Shown: positions 26,057 to 39,200 of the stretch, piece after piece
How positions within the stretch are numbered: position 1 is the stretch's first letter
Layout of the letters: every line of letters begins with the position of its first letter
From: Octopus bimaculoides
Lineage: Eukaryota
Assembly: GCF_001194135.2 (NCBI RefSeq)
Contig: NC_068982.1
Location: 41,912,329 to 41,976,328 of the forward strand
Length of the DNA stretch: 64,000 bases
Direction: 5' to 3'
Program-made: the position numbers and the translations under genes
The notes under the pieces: model-generated
Databases searched by the model: none
What the model was told of the DNA's origin: nothing
What the model saw: only the letters and a program-made list of their open reading frames with translations

Positions 26057-27955
26057 TACTAACTGTTCACAAACAAGAATAAATGGGAAATGCAAACGGA
26101 CAAGTTAACGAGGGATACACCACACGGTCGTTTCTGCCTGTTAGAAATAGATGCCGAATCTCCCCTCGGACTACATCCCTATTGTCTTAAAAAAATGAAA
26201 GACACCTTGTCATTGGATAACGTGGTCCCAAATACGCTGTTTGAATAAAAGCCGAGACGGTCAATGTTAGAACGTTTTTGATCATAGGTCTACAACATCA
26301 GTACAGAGCTGCAGCTAAACAACAAAAGCAAACGATTGTTATCATTAGAATTTTCCCGGAATAACAGCGATTGCTTAAAATAATGCTCAGCGGAACGTTT
26401 AGAAGCAGCTATGAGTAACGATCTTTATTTACATGTACTCAGTTACATGTAGGAATGTGAATGAACAAAAGACTATAATGCATACACTTGTATTCAATCG
26501 ACTAGATTTGTTTCCCAAACTTTTTCGGACGAACAAATTGGTTAGAACATATACAGGTAATACTGGCGCAAAATCGATTTTCCGGAATCTTTGATTGCGA
26601 ATAAGTTACTGATTTTTCTGAACCAATGATGATTACACTCTAAATTAAATAAATATTAAAATATTAATTGAAGTACACAATTAAATGAAATACCAGTACC
26701 TGTACATTAGTGTAAATGATACAAGTATATTAATACTGTGATGTGCAAAGTACCAGTAAAATGGTCTGGCGGCCTGCTTGGAAATTAGTGCGGATTATAA
26801 GAGGTTCTGGACCATTAGTGTCTGGAAAGTGGGTGTTGTACTAATATTTACTTAACTAGCGTTTCTAAGTAAATGCGGTCAAACATCGCTTCGAATGCAT
26901 TTATTTGAACGTGTGCAGGCGTATAAATGTATAAATGCCCGTTCCTTTTTAAGAACCTTCTGACCGTGACTTTTTTTTCTTCACCCATGACCATTTTGTC
27001 TTTTGTTGGAGTTGTCGCGGGAAAGAAAAGGGCATGGAATTAGAAGGCAGAAATGTAAAAAAAAAAATTGAATATCGAATAGATATGATAGCACCAAATT
27101 CACGCGCGCACGCACTGTAGTCGCCAGCATTGCTAGAAACAGCAGCTACATTCCTCAATACATAAATTAATATCTAGACGTAGAAATATTGGAAAACTAA
27201 CATTGTTTGAATTAAGACGCAACACGTATTTCACCATAATATGATCGCCTGGAAAATAAAAGATGAAATTGTCGTGTACGGAAATGCCTTCGATCACGAA
27301 TCAGCTTGATCAGAACAGACTTACAGCTAAGCAACAATAAATAAGATCCTCGACGCAGTCACTAAATTTTTTCAGTATAGACATAAATTTCTACTTGGTG
27401 AAATGATAAGCCCCTGGCCTGGTAAGCCTTGATCCAGCAGACTTCTATGAGAAAAACTGTTTCAATAGTAATTTAGCTGCTATTTTTTTTGCAGAGGAGG
27501 TGACTGTGTAGAAGATTCCTCATCCACTTTAACTTTAGTAAACTGTATCATAAACTCATACCATACACTTGTTTGTAATCGGTTTCTTTTTTCACTCAAA
27601 GGTCCATAATAACACTGAAATCCACATTCAAATAAATATACTGAGGGAAAGTATTAACCTTTATCCAGGTTAATACTTTTTGTTATTATATTTCTGTCGG
27701 AATGCACTGTCATTGTTTCAATTAGTTTTTAAAATATTTTTTTCATCTTTTATCCTTTACTAATTTCACTCATTAGACTGTGGTCATGCCGGATTTTTTA
27801 GTCAAATGAATTGCTCCAGTACTTAATTTTTTAAGCCTGGTACTTACTCTATCTGTCTCTTTTGCCAAACTGCTAAGTTACGGGGACGTAAACACACCAA
27901 CACCTGTTGTCAAGCAGTGGTGGTGGGGGGATAAACACACACAGACACACACACA

Positions 27956-28007
<52 letters not shown>

Positions 28008-30314
28008 ACATGCTTGTTTCAGTTTCCATTTGCTAAATTCACTCACGAGGCTTTGGTCAGCCCAAGGCTATAGTGGAAGACACTTGTCCAAGGTGCCATG
28101 TGGTGTAGAATTTCATAAAATAACTTTGTCATTATTAAGCTTGAAAAAATCAACAGGGAATTTTAATGAAAAGTTCTACTTCAGATCACTTTAAAACAGG
28201 GAGTTTGGATCCTAGGAGCAGAGCCAGTCTCAGGTGGGTTGATATGGAAAGGTTTAAAGGTTTATAATTTAGTGCCAATTCATGTAAAAAGCACCCATGC
28301 TGGTGCCACATAAAGAGTGCCCAGCACACTCTGTAACAGGAGTCACCATACTTTTTTGACCATTGACCCCCTTTAGGCACTTCTTCTGTATCGACCACCC
28401 TCCTCATTTAAAATATCTTAATACTTTACCCTACTATACCATATCTTAAATGCGTACCGGGTACTGATGCTGGCAATTAAAATGTTAGCTAAAATATACA
28501 TGTACGACAAATTAAGAAATTCTATTGAAAATGACACACTTTTTACATTTAAAATTACGTGTATGAGTATACAGTATTAAACTTTCTATTTTTATGACAT
28601 TATTTTCACGGTTAGAAAATGTGGAAAATGCATCATATTGCTGGAAGATCTTTTATTGAAATTGACAACATCAATGTGAGGGATGAGCATTGCGCTGACT
28701 AAGTATTTCAAGCAGTTCATCTGGGTGAGCTGGTCTTTCGCATGCTGACCCCCATTGAACCCCTTGGCTATCATCGACCCCTGTAATTCCTCACCGACCC
28801 CTAGGAAGTTCCTCGGACCCCCTTTGGCAACTTCTGCTCTATAAAGTGGTTGGTGTTGGGAAGAGCATCCAACTGTAGAAACCAAGCTAGAACAGACTGG
28901 AACCTGGTCCATCTGCCAGCTCTGGTCAAACTGTCCAATCCATGCCAGCATGGAAAACAAACATTACATGTTGATGATGATGATGATAAATCATGTTACT
29001 TCCAGAATTGCTGGAACCCATTCTTAAAGTTTGAGCTTCAACTCTTCATTGGGTTTTAATTCACTAATGCACACTTGCTCAAACACAATCCTAGATATGT
29101 GTGTTTGTGTGAGTGAGTTTAAATTTCCCTCTTCTTCTTGTGTGTTTGCTACTTGTAAAAAAAAAAAAAAATGATAGTGTTGCTTTGTCTCAGTCCACTG
29201 AAAAAGCCATGTCAAGGCTTCTTGACGCATCTTAACTATGTGTGTGGGCTTTTGTAAAGGTTGTTTGTTATATGATAGACTGGGTGATAAATAACGCAGA
29301 CAGCGGTTAGCAACAGTTTGAGCATCTGGCTGTAGAAAACTCTGACCCAATGTACTTGTGTGTGACCCATGCAAGTATAGAAAAATAGATGTTAAAATAA
29401 TGATGACAATGACAACGAGGAGGAGGAGGAGGATGAAATTTTTGTTTCCTCAATGTTCGAAAAACTGTCTAAAACTCAACCTGGTATTTTCATAGTGAGA
29501 CTGTCTTCAAATTGTTTGCAAAAGCCCTCACATATTGTTTCTAAAGGATAACTGACCTGAAAGTTAACTTAATATATTTATTTTTTTCTCCCTGAATGAA
29601 AAGAGAAAAAAAAAAAAAAACTTTACATGTTTCTAGTTGCATTGGACAGAATATGCTTTGAAACAAATTCAGTTAAATTTCTTTTAGCTTGGAGTTCATT
29701 TAATTAAACTTGAAATATAAATCTGACATATAAGCTCCTTTACTTTTAAACTTCTAGTTATCTTGAAATTACAAGGTTTTTATTTTTAAAGACTTCCAAA
29801 AAGACTCCAAAACTTGTCTTGAAAAGATCATAAAACTGACTCAGACAATCACCTTTCAATTAACCAGGAATCTTCAGTGCAAAATAGCAATGAAATACTT
29901 AATTCTTTACAGTCCTATATTTAAGAGATGAGGAATTATGAACATTATGTACATTATTTACATTTGACGGATACTTGCTCTCATCTTGTTTGTTGTTAAC
30001 ACAACGTTTCGGCTGATATACCCTCTAACCTTCATTTAGCAGTATCTTTTTTAGCTGTGCTATGAATCTATGGAAGCTGTCTGCCAATGAGGTAGTTCCT
30101 TTAGTTTCAGCTCTCATTATATTCGTAAGAGGAATTTCCTTTGCTTTAAAAATCTCTTCAGGTGAGGTTAGAAGTTTACTTCCAAACCACATGGTTTTGG
30201 GTTCAGTTCCACTGTGTGGCACCTTGGGCAACTGGATTCTATAACGTTGGGCTGGCCAAAATCTTGTGAGTGGGTTTGATAGACAGAAACTGAAAGGAAC
30301 CTGTTGTGTGTATG

Positions 30315-30347
<33 letters not shown>

Positions 30348-33200
30348 CTATAACTTGATGTATGTATATATCTATGTGTGTGTGCCTTTGTATTTGTACT
30401 CTATCACTGCTTGACAACCAGTGTTGGGTTTGTTTACATCTTCATAACTCAGTGGTTTGCTAAGAGAGACTGGTGGGCAATTATGGAGTGAATTTTAGGG
30501 CTTATAAATCTGACATGGATTAATTAAAATAATAAAAACTCTTCATGCAACAGATGAGGTTCCAGTGTTTAACTCTTTTTATTAGCCAATCAAAGGCAGC
30601 AAACTGGCAGAATCATTAGCATGACGCGCAAAATGCTTTGTGACATTTCTCCCAGCTTTACATTTTCAAATGTCACAAAGATTGACTTTACCATTCATAC
30701 TTTTGGATTGATCAAATATCAGTTGACCAATGTCAGTTGATCAATGTAATCAATTAGCCTTTTTCACAGAAATTTCAGATCTTGTGCCTATAATAGAAAA
30801 AATTAGCTAGTCACAGACCAATACTCTGGTAGTCATTTTGGCTATATTAAGCTGAACTAAAAAAGAATTTCTCTCTATTTCACTTGGCACCCAGCAGCCA
30901 TGAGCAAATTGTTGCCTGTCATTGCTCCTTCAAAAAGAATCACCACCAGAAATCCTATTTCTATTCTATATCAGATAGTCTCAGTACAATCATATTTTAG
31001 CTGACTGAAATGCTAAATTGCCATATCTCTTTTTGCCGGATTATGTATCTTGATAATGCTATTTCCATACCATATTAATTATTCAATTAACTTAATTAAC
31101 TTGCACCAGCATGAATATATGCATGGTATGTCTTCTACAAATACATTGATGCAAATTTTATTCTCATTAATGTTGTCTAATCAAACTTGTTATTCTTCAC
31201 TGAATGCATTACTATCTAATTTAAACCTGTACTTCTCAATCATTATAAGGACACTGACTACTTTAAATTCTAGTGTCCCTTTAGGGGTTTTTAAACAGGA
31301 ATAAAAAAAAATGTTGTAAGAAGCTTGCTTCCCAACCACATGGTTTTGGATTCAGTCCCTCTGCATGTGCATACTTGGGCAAAATATTTTGAGGAAGACA
31401 GGCAGTTACCTAGTCATGCAAGTCTCCTCTCTCAATGCAACTGATGTATATCTGAGGGAGAGGTCACTGGCTTCAATACAGCTTAGCACCCATGTCATCA
31501 TAGGTGTTGCTGTCAGAACCAACCCAGAATTGGAACAAATTTAGCAAAGTATCTTTCCTAACCCTGTAACAGTTTTGTTAATCCACTGCTTTGGATTAGT
31601 ACTTTTTCTATACAACCTAAAAGGGTGAAAAGCCAACTTGACTGCAATAGAATTTCAGATTAAAGTTCAAAGAATCAGAACAAGTATTATAAAGCCTTTT
31701 ATCCAATGCTTTAATGGATTCTGCAAATTGGCTGCCTTCCTGTGAGACCCTTCAGTGTGTGTGCCATATTTCCCAATGTACGAGTTAACATAATGTATAG
31801 TGTAAAACATTCAAACATCATCGCTATCTTTCCAAATCTTCCAGCATTTCACATGGATTTTTTGATCCACTATAGTTGTTTTGGTGTATAAGTTGACCTA
31901 CCTTTTATGGCTGTAAATTTTGGTTTGAAAAATTTGATTTGTATGCAGGATAATACAGTATTTCATATGTACAATGTTCTTCTGAGGGGTTTCCCTCTTT
32001 CAGTAATATTTTCATCAAATGAGATTGATGTTACAAATTTGTTAACTCTTCATCCAATTAATGTATTGATTTTTATTTGGAACTGTTTTTTCCAGACGCA
32101 AGCTTGACCTAGATTTGTTGTCTTTGACCTTACAAGAGGCCTTGAATCGATCTGATGTTCATGTTATTATAATTTGTACTGAAGCAGAGGCACATGAAGA
32201 GACAATTAGGTAAGTTTTTGCTATTTTGCATGAATTCCATTCCAACTTTTGTTGAAAAAATAAGATTTTGGGCTAATTAATTTGTTCAGTGAAACCATGT
32301 TATATACACTAACACACATCTATCTCATGTTACCATCCACTAAGTTGTGTGTACGCGTGTATGTATGGAGTTATGTAGCTTATTGGTTAGGGTATTTGGC
32401 TTATGATCATAAGTTCGTGGGTTCAATTCCTGGTGGCATGTTGTGTCTTTGAGCAAGGCACTATATTTCATGTTATTCCAGACCACTCAGTTGGCAAAAA
32501 TGAGTAGTGCCTGTATTTCAGAAGGGCCAGTCTTGTCACATTCTGTGTCATGTTGAATCTCCCTGTGAACTACATTGAGAGTATATGTGTCTGTGGAGTA
32601 CTCAGCCTCTTGCACGTTAATTTCATGAGCGGGCTGTTCCATTGATTCGATCACCTGGAACCTTCGTTGTCATAATGACAGAGTGCCAGTATTCTATATA
32701 TATATATATATGTGTGTGTGTGTTTGTGTATATAGGCACATGCATGGCTGTGTGGTTGCTTCCCAACCACATGGTTCTGAGTTCAGTCCCACTGCATGGC
32801 ACCTTGGGCAAGTGTTTTCTACTAAAGCCTGTTTGACTGGAAACTGGTAAGCTGGAGGGCTGCACCAGGTTCCAGTCTGATTTGGCATGGTTTCTAGAGC
32901 TGGATGCCCTTCCTAATGCCAAACACTCTGAGAGTGTAATGGGTTCTTTGTATGTGCCACTGGCACAGGTGCCATTTATATGACACTGCCAACGGCAACA
33001 ACTACAATTTCACTTGGCTTGATGACTCTTCTCAAGCATAGCATATCACCAAAGGTCTTTATCACTTGTCATCACCTGTAAGGCCCGACATTCGAAGATC
33101 ATGTTACCAGCAACAGCCACAATTATGATTTCATTGGTGACATTCACAAGACACTAGCAACAGCCACGACTACGATTTCACTTGGCTTGACAAGTCTTCT

Positions 33201-33238
<38 letters not shown>

Positions 33239-36200
33239 GAGACAGAGAGAGAGAGCAAATCAATAACAGAAGACAAAATTCAATACAAAAACCATAAAAG
33301 TCAAAATGACATTCGCAGATAATATTATTATGTTGACCCATAAAGAAAGGAAAAAGAAAAATGTTATAAAGTTATAGAGTGAAAGTATAACATTTCTGAT
33401 ATAGTCTTTGTGAGATACAAAGAGAAAAGTCCAGGAAAGAGGTGAAAGACAGGAGGAAAAGAGATAAGAAAGAAGGAGAGAGACCCAAGAAAAATTGTGC
33501 ATGGGTAACTCACATCTATGATCTTTGACTGGATATATGCATATATATACACACGCGCACATAAATAAATATACATCTACATATAAAACTGAGAATGTCT
33601 ATCTGTCAGTGTGTCTGTATGTGTGCATTACTAAAACTTGAGAACTACCCAACTGATTTCAGACAAATTTTACACATGTCTTACTTAAGGTCCATGTAGT
33701 GTCATGGGTAAAAAAACTTTTCAACTTCTTGCCTAATGTGAGCCTGGTGCAATCTCTCAACTCTTACACTATTTCAGTATTACATGTCTAAAGTGAAACA
33801 ATAACATCTCTATTGTAATGTGAGATAATGCTTTCAGTTTTAATAGTTTCACTATTAATACTGAAACTATTATCTCACATGTATACATGCATACATGTAT
33901 GCATGCATGCATACATGCATACATGTATGCATGCATACATGCATACATACATATATATACATACACACACATATATTATATATTAGACAGGCCCATTAGA
34001 GCAAAGACAATATTGTAGATAGGGTAATTAGAGCAAAGAAACAGGCCTGGAAGGCCTGGAAGAGTGGGAGTAGCAGGAGAATGTATCAGATAGCTAAAAG
34101 GGAAGCTAGGAGATTGGTATATATAGCCAAGGGAGTAGCAGAAAAGAAGTTTGCCAATGTACAGTGACATGAGGACCAAAAAAACAAGTATTTCAGATTG
34201 CAAGACAGTGTGTGAGAGAAATGTATCCACATGGATGATGGTGCCCTTGCATTTAATAATTCTACAAAGAAAGAGGCTTGGAGATGCCATTATGAAAGAC
34301 TGCTGAATGTGGATAATGAATGGGAGGAGGAGAGTCTGCCAAAGGTTGACACCCTGGTAGATAAAGCAATTAAGGATATGAAGACAAGGAAAGCACCTGG
34401 CCCATCAGGAATCACCGCTGAGATGCTAAAACTATCAGGCAGTGTGGGTTATGATCTTGTCACCTGCATCATAAATCAGGTAGTTCATGAAGGAGTCATA
34501 CCCAATGACTGGTGTAGCAGCACCATAGTCAACTACTACAAAGGTAAAGGTGATGCTTTAGATAGAAATAACTACAGGGGTATCAAATTATTGGATCTGA
34601 AGTTACAGAGAAAGTCATAGCCTAACTGATTAGGGGAAGAATTATCCTAGATGAGATGCAGTTTGGTTTTGTGCCAGGCAGAAGCACCTCTGATTCTATA
34701 TCTCTGGGAAGGCAACTGCAGGAGAAATATCTAGCCAAAGATAAATCTCTGTACTTGGCTTTTGTTGACTTGGAGAAAGCCTTTGACAGGGTCCCCCAAT
34801 CCCTTATCTGGTGGTCAATGCGGAAACTGGGGATAGATGAGTGATTGGTAAGAGCTGTACAAGCCCTGTACAGGGATGCTGTCAGTAAGGTGAGGGTTGG
34901 CAACGAGTACAGTGAAGAATTCCGAGTAGAAGTGGGGGTTTACCAAGGATCAGTCCTCAGCCCCCTCTTAGTCATTATAGTCCTCCAGGCAATAATAGAG
35001 GAATTCAAGACAGTCTGCCCCTGGGAGCTCCTCTATGCTGATGACCTTGCTCTAATTGCCGAGTCACTGCCAGAACTAGAGACGAAGTTTAGGGTGTGGA
35101 AGCAAGGTCTACAATCGAAGGGCCTTAGGATTAACCTAGCAAAAACCAAAGTCTTAGTAAGTAGGAAGGCTGTCAAATCACAAACCCCTTCAGGTAGAGG
35201 GCCCTGCTTGATCAAACACACACACACAAATATATACGACGGGCTTCTTTCAATTTCTGTCTACCAAATCTACTCACAAGGCTTTGGTTGGCCTGAGGCT
35301 ATAGTAGAAGACACTTGCCCAAGGTGCCACACAGTGGGACTGAACCCCGAACCATGTGGCTGGTAAGCAAGCTACTTACCACACAGCCACTCCTGTGCCT
35401 ACATATTTTAAATTTCTATTGTTAATTTATTATCCAGCATGTTTGGTTTAAATATGACTAATGGGTGTTTCTGCTGCATAGAGAACAAGCAATATCATTT
35501 GCACCCAGCTATTTTCAAATTTGCATCTTTATTCTGGGTTTGTCTACTGATATCGTCCAAAGCAAACTGAGTATGTGTATGTGTGGCAAACATTATTTTG
35601 CCAGGCTACTATAGTTTTTGAGAGAAAATAATGTGGGTTGAATATTTAGAAACTTGATATAGCTATAAAAATGACTACCTGGTTAACCTCATCCAGATTT
35701 TGTTTTAGTTTGAAATGAGAGTCCTTGACCTTTAAGTAGGTCAAAGTATTTTTTATGAACCTAGACTCTAGGTGGACTATGAATTTGATCTGATTGTTTT
35801 GCACAACAGCTAGTTACTAGACAAGGTTAAATCAAATTAGGTTAAATTGAACTAAATTATGTTAAATATATGTGGTATGTAGAGCTTATTTATGAGGGCA
35901 ATTCTATATTGGTGCAGGTATGGCTAAATGGTAAGAAGTTTGTTTTCCAACCACATGGTTCTGGGTTCAGTCCCACTGTATGGTACATTGGGCAAGTGTT
36001 TTCTACTCTATCCTTGGGCTGACCAAAGTCTTCTGAGTGGATTTGGTAGATGGAAACTGAGAGAAGCCTGTCATATATACATATATGTATGTATTTATCC
36101 CCCTGCCATTGTTTGACAACTGACGCTGGTGTGTTTATGTCCCTGTAACTTATCGGTTCGGCAAAAGAGACTGATAGAATAAGTACTAGACTTACAAAGA

Positions 36201-39200
36201 ATAAGTCATGGGGTCGATTTTTTTGACTAAAACCCTTCAAGGTGATGCTGCAGCATGACCACAGTCAAAGGACTGAAACAAGTAAAAGATTAAAAGAATG
36301 TAATCAAGTTTTAGATTACGTGTAGTTTCCTTGTCCTATATATGTTGTGAGAATTTTTGAAAAAGATTGTTTCATTTAAAGGGAATAGCAATTGCTGCTT
36401 GGAAGTCAAACCAGATATAACCCTGACATTTACCCTTGAATAAAGTTGCATAGTTAAAAATAGCTAGATACAAAGGTAATTGTTAGTTAGCTATACAGCA
36501 TAAACATGCATTGATTGTACTTCAACCAAATATACTGTATAACTGATTGTAGAAATAAAAAATATGCAGACGAACTAAACTCCATATTCATTGTAATTGT
36601 TTTGGATTTACACTCCAAAGTGAACCTAAGATTTACCTATCAGATGAGTTACAGTAGGATTGTTCACCCTAAGTAATCCTTGGTGCTCCTTACAATTCAA
36701 TGTGGTTGCCTGAAGCCAGATTATAACTGAGTGTTCATACAGTACCTGCTTGGATAATTGATCCCTATATTCTCATTATATGTATATCATCATTATCATC
36801 ATCATCATCATTTAGTGTCCATTGTCCATGCTGGCATGGGTTGGATGGCTTGACCAGGGCTAGCAAGGTGGAAGGCTGCACCAGACTCCAGTCTGATTTG
36901 GCATGGTTTCTATGGCTGGATGCCCTTCCTAACACCAACCACTCTGAGTATGTAATGGGTGCTTTTACATGCCACCGGCATGGGTGCCATTTGCGTGACA
37001 CTGGTATCTGCCAGACTGCATTTTACTATTCTGTTGTTCAACATTATCAGATATCCTCTACTTCCCCACTCACCTCTGGCCCCTCTGCCCCACTCATTCC
37101 CACCCACCTTGTATCGTGAAGGTCTACCATAACACCTCATATTTTTTATCTTTTTCTAGCTCCACCTGATCACTTTGTGTGAAATGTGAGTGGTCATGTA
37201 GCACCTCTGCAGCAAGAAATCTGTTCTGTTCTGGCCATTTTCTCTCATACTTTACATCTCTTTGCTCCTTATCTCCCAGAATAAAGTTGCCTTGACCCCT
37301 ACCCGTCAGATTTGTAGTCTTGCAAGCTGCATGGTGACCTCAATTGTGCTGGTGGTATGAAAAAAAAAAACCACTCAGTACATGCTATAATGTGGTTGGC
37401 ATGAAGAAGAGCATCCAGCCATAGAAACCATGTCAAAGTACACACTGGAGCATGATGCACTTCTTGGATCCACCAGATCCTGTCAAAACTGTCCAACCCA
37501 TACCAGCTATAATATAGACATTAAATGATGATGATGATGATGATGTCTCATCATAAACTCTATAGCAATGTCTTAACACTGTAGCCACTGTTCCTTACTA
37601 ATAACTATATCTTACTGATAATCTAACATAGATGTAATAGCAAAAATGTAAACCATTTTTTAATATAAAACTATTATTGATTACAGGAAATCATTGGAGG
37701 CTGGGAAGCATGTATTGGTAGAATATCCAATTGTTATGAACGTTACAGTGGCAAAAGAACTCTATCAGATGGCTTCTAGTAAAGGTGCTATATATTATGT
37801 TTGTTTTTCCCTTTTTAACTTTTCAGTTTTATTGAATTCATAGATCAGAATATCATTTTAATACTTTCAGAGATGTGGAGTCAACCAATTTCAAGTTAAA
37901 GAGCTTCTATTAAGCCTCTTCAGAAAAAGAAAAAAAAAATCAGTTTAACATTTGTCCTTAGGTCATCGATCACTGACTTATGTTGAATGGTTCATTCTTC
38001 ATGAGGGTAATACTTAGTATTACATTCATCTATCTGTCTTATTTCCTGGTGATTGTAAAGTTTCTTGGATTTGCATGTTCACTTGATTGGGTGGTTATCA
38101 AGTTAATGTTGCAAATAGTTTGGTCATTTGAAGCAATGTATTGTAAGTTGTACCAAGTGTAGCATATACATTTACCTATTATTTAAGCATAATAATTCAC
38201 TCAGTATTCAAATATAAAGAATAAGGGCTATGCAAAGGGTGGCCATTTTGTATTATAAAGGGTAAAGACCTGCTTTGGTCATGAATGACCATGAGATTGC
38301 ACCAAGAAAGTTACACTCTGAGACACATGTCCGGGCAAGGTTATTTATAGAAGACCAGCAGTCGTCCATGCATACCAGCCTTCCCTCTCCACACCACTAG
38401 TGTTATCCAATGGAAAGGCAATGATCAATACAGCTTGCACCAGTGATGTTGCAACTCATTTTTAGAGCTGAGTGAACTGGAGCAACATCAAATAAAATGT
38501 CTTGCTCAAGAACACAACACACAGCCTGATCCAAGAATCGAACTCACTACCTCATGATTGCGAGCCTGACGCTTTAACCCCTGAGTCATGTGCCTTCACA
38601 TTTTTTAATTATAAATATATGTAAAATATTGGTTTCAAATGTTGGCACAAGGCCAGCAATTTCAAGTGAGGCAGTAAGCCGATTATATCAACCCAGTGCT
38701 CAACTGGTACTTATTTTATCGATCCCGAAAAGATGAAAAGCGAATTGGAGCTCGGTAGAATTTCAACTCAGAATATAAAGACAGATGAAATGTCACTAAG
38801 TTTTTTTTGTCTGGTGTGCTAATTATGTGTAAAATACTGTCAGTAAATATGACAATTAACCCATTAACTTTTATCAACCAAAACCTAAAATGTTTTATTT
38901 TATGATAAAGTGAATAGTGGGTAAATATATATATGCTGCACCCAGTGTATACTTTGTAAAATTATATATAAACATCACTTATAAAATTTTGGCAATGTAC
39001 TTGTCTGGCTATGCACACACACACGCATGCACACACACATATACACACACATGCATATGCTTATATGATAGACTTCTTTGAGTTTCCATCTACAAAACCC
39101 TCTCACAAGGCTTTTTTGTTGGCCTGGGGCCCTAGTAGAAGACACTTACCCAAGGTGCCATGCAGTAGAACTGAACCTGAAACCATGTGGTTGGGAAAAA

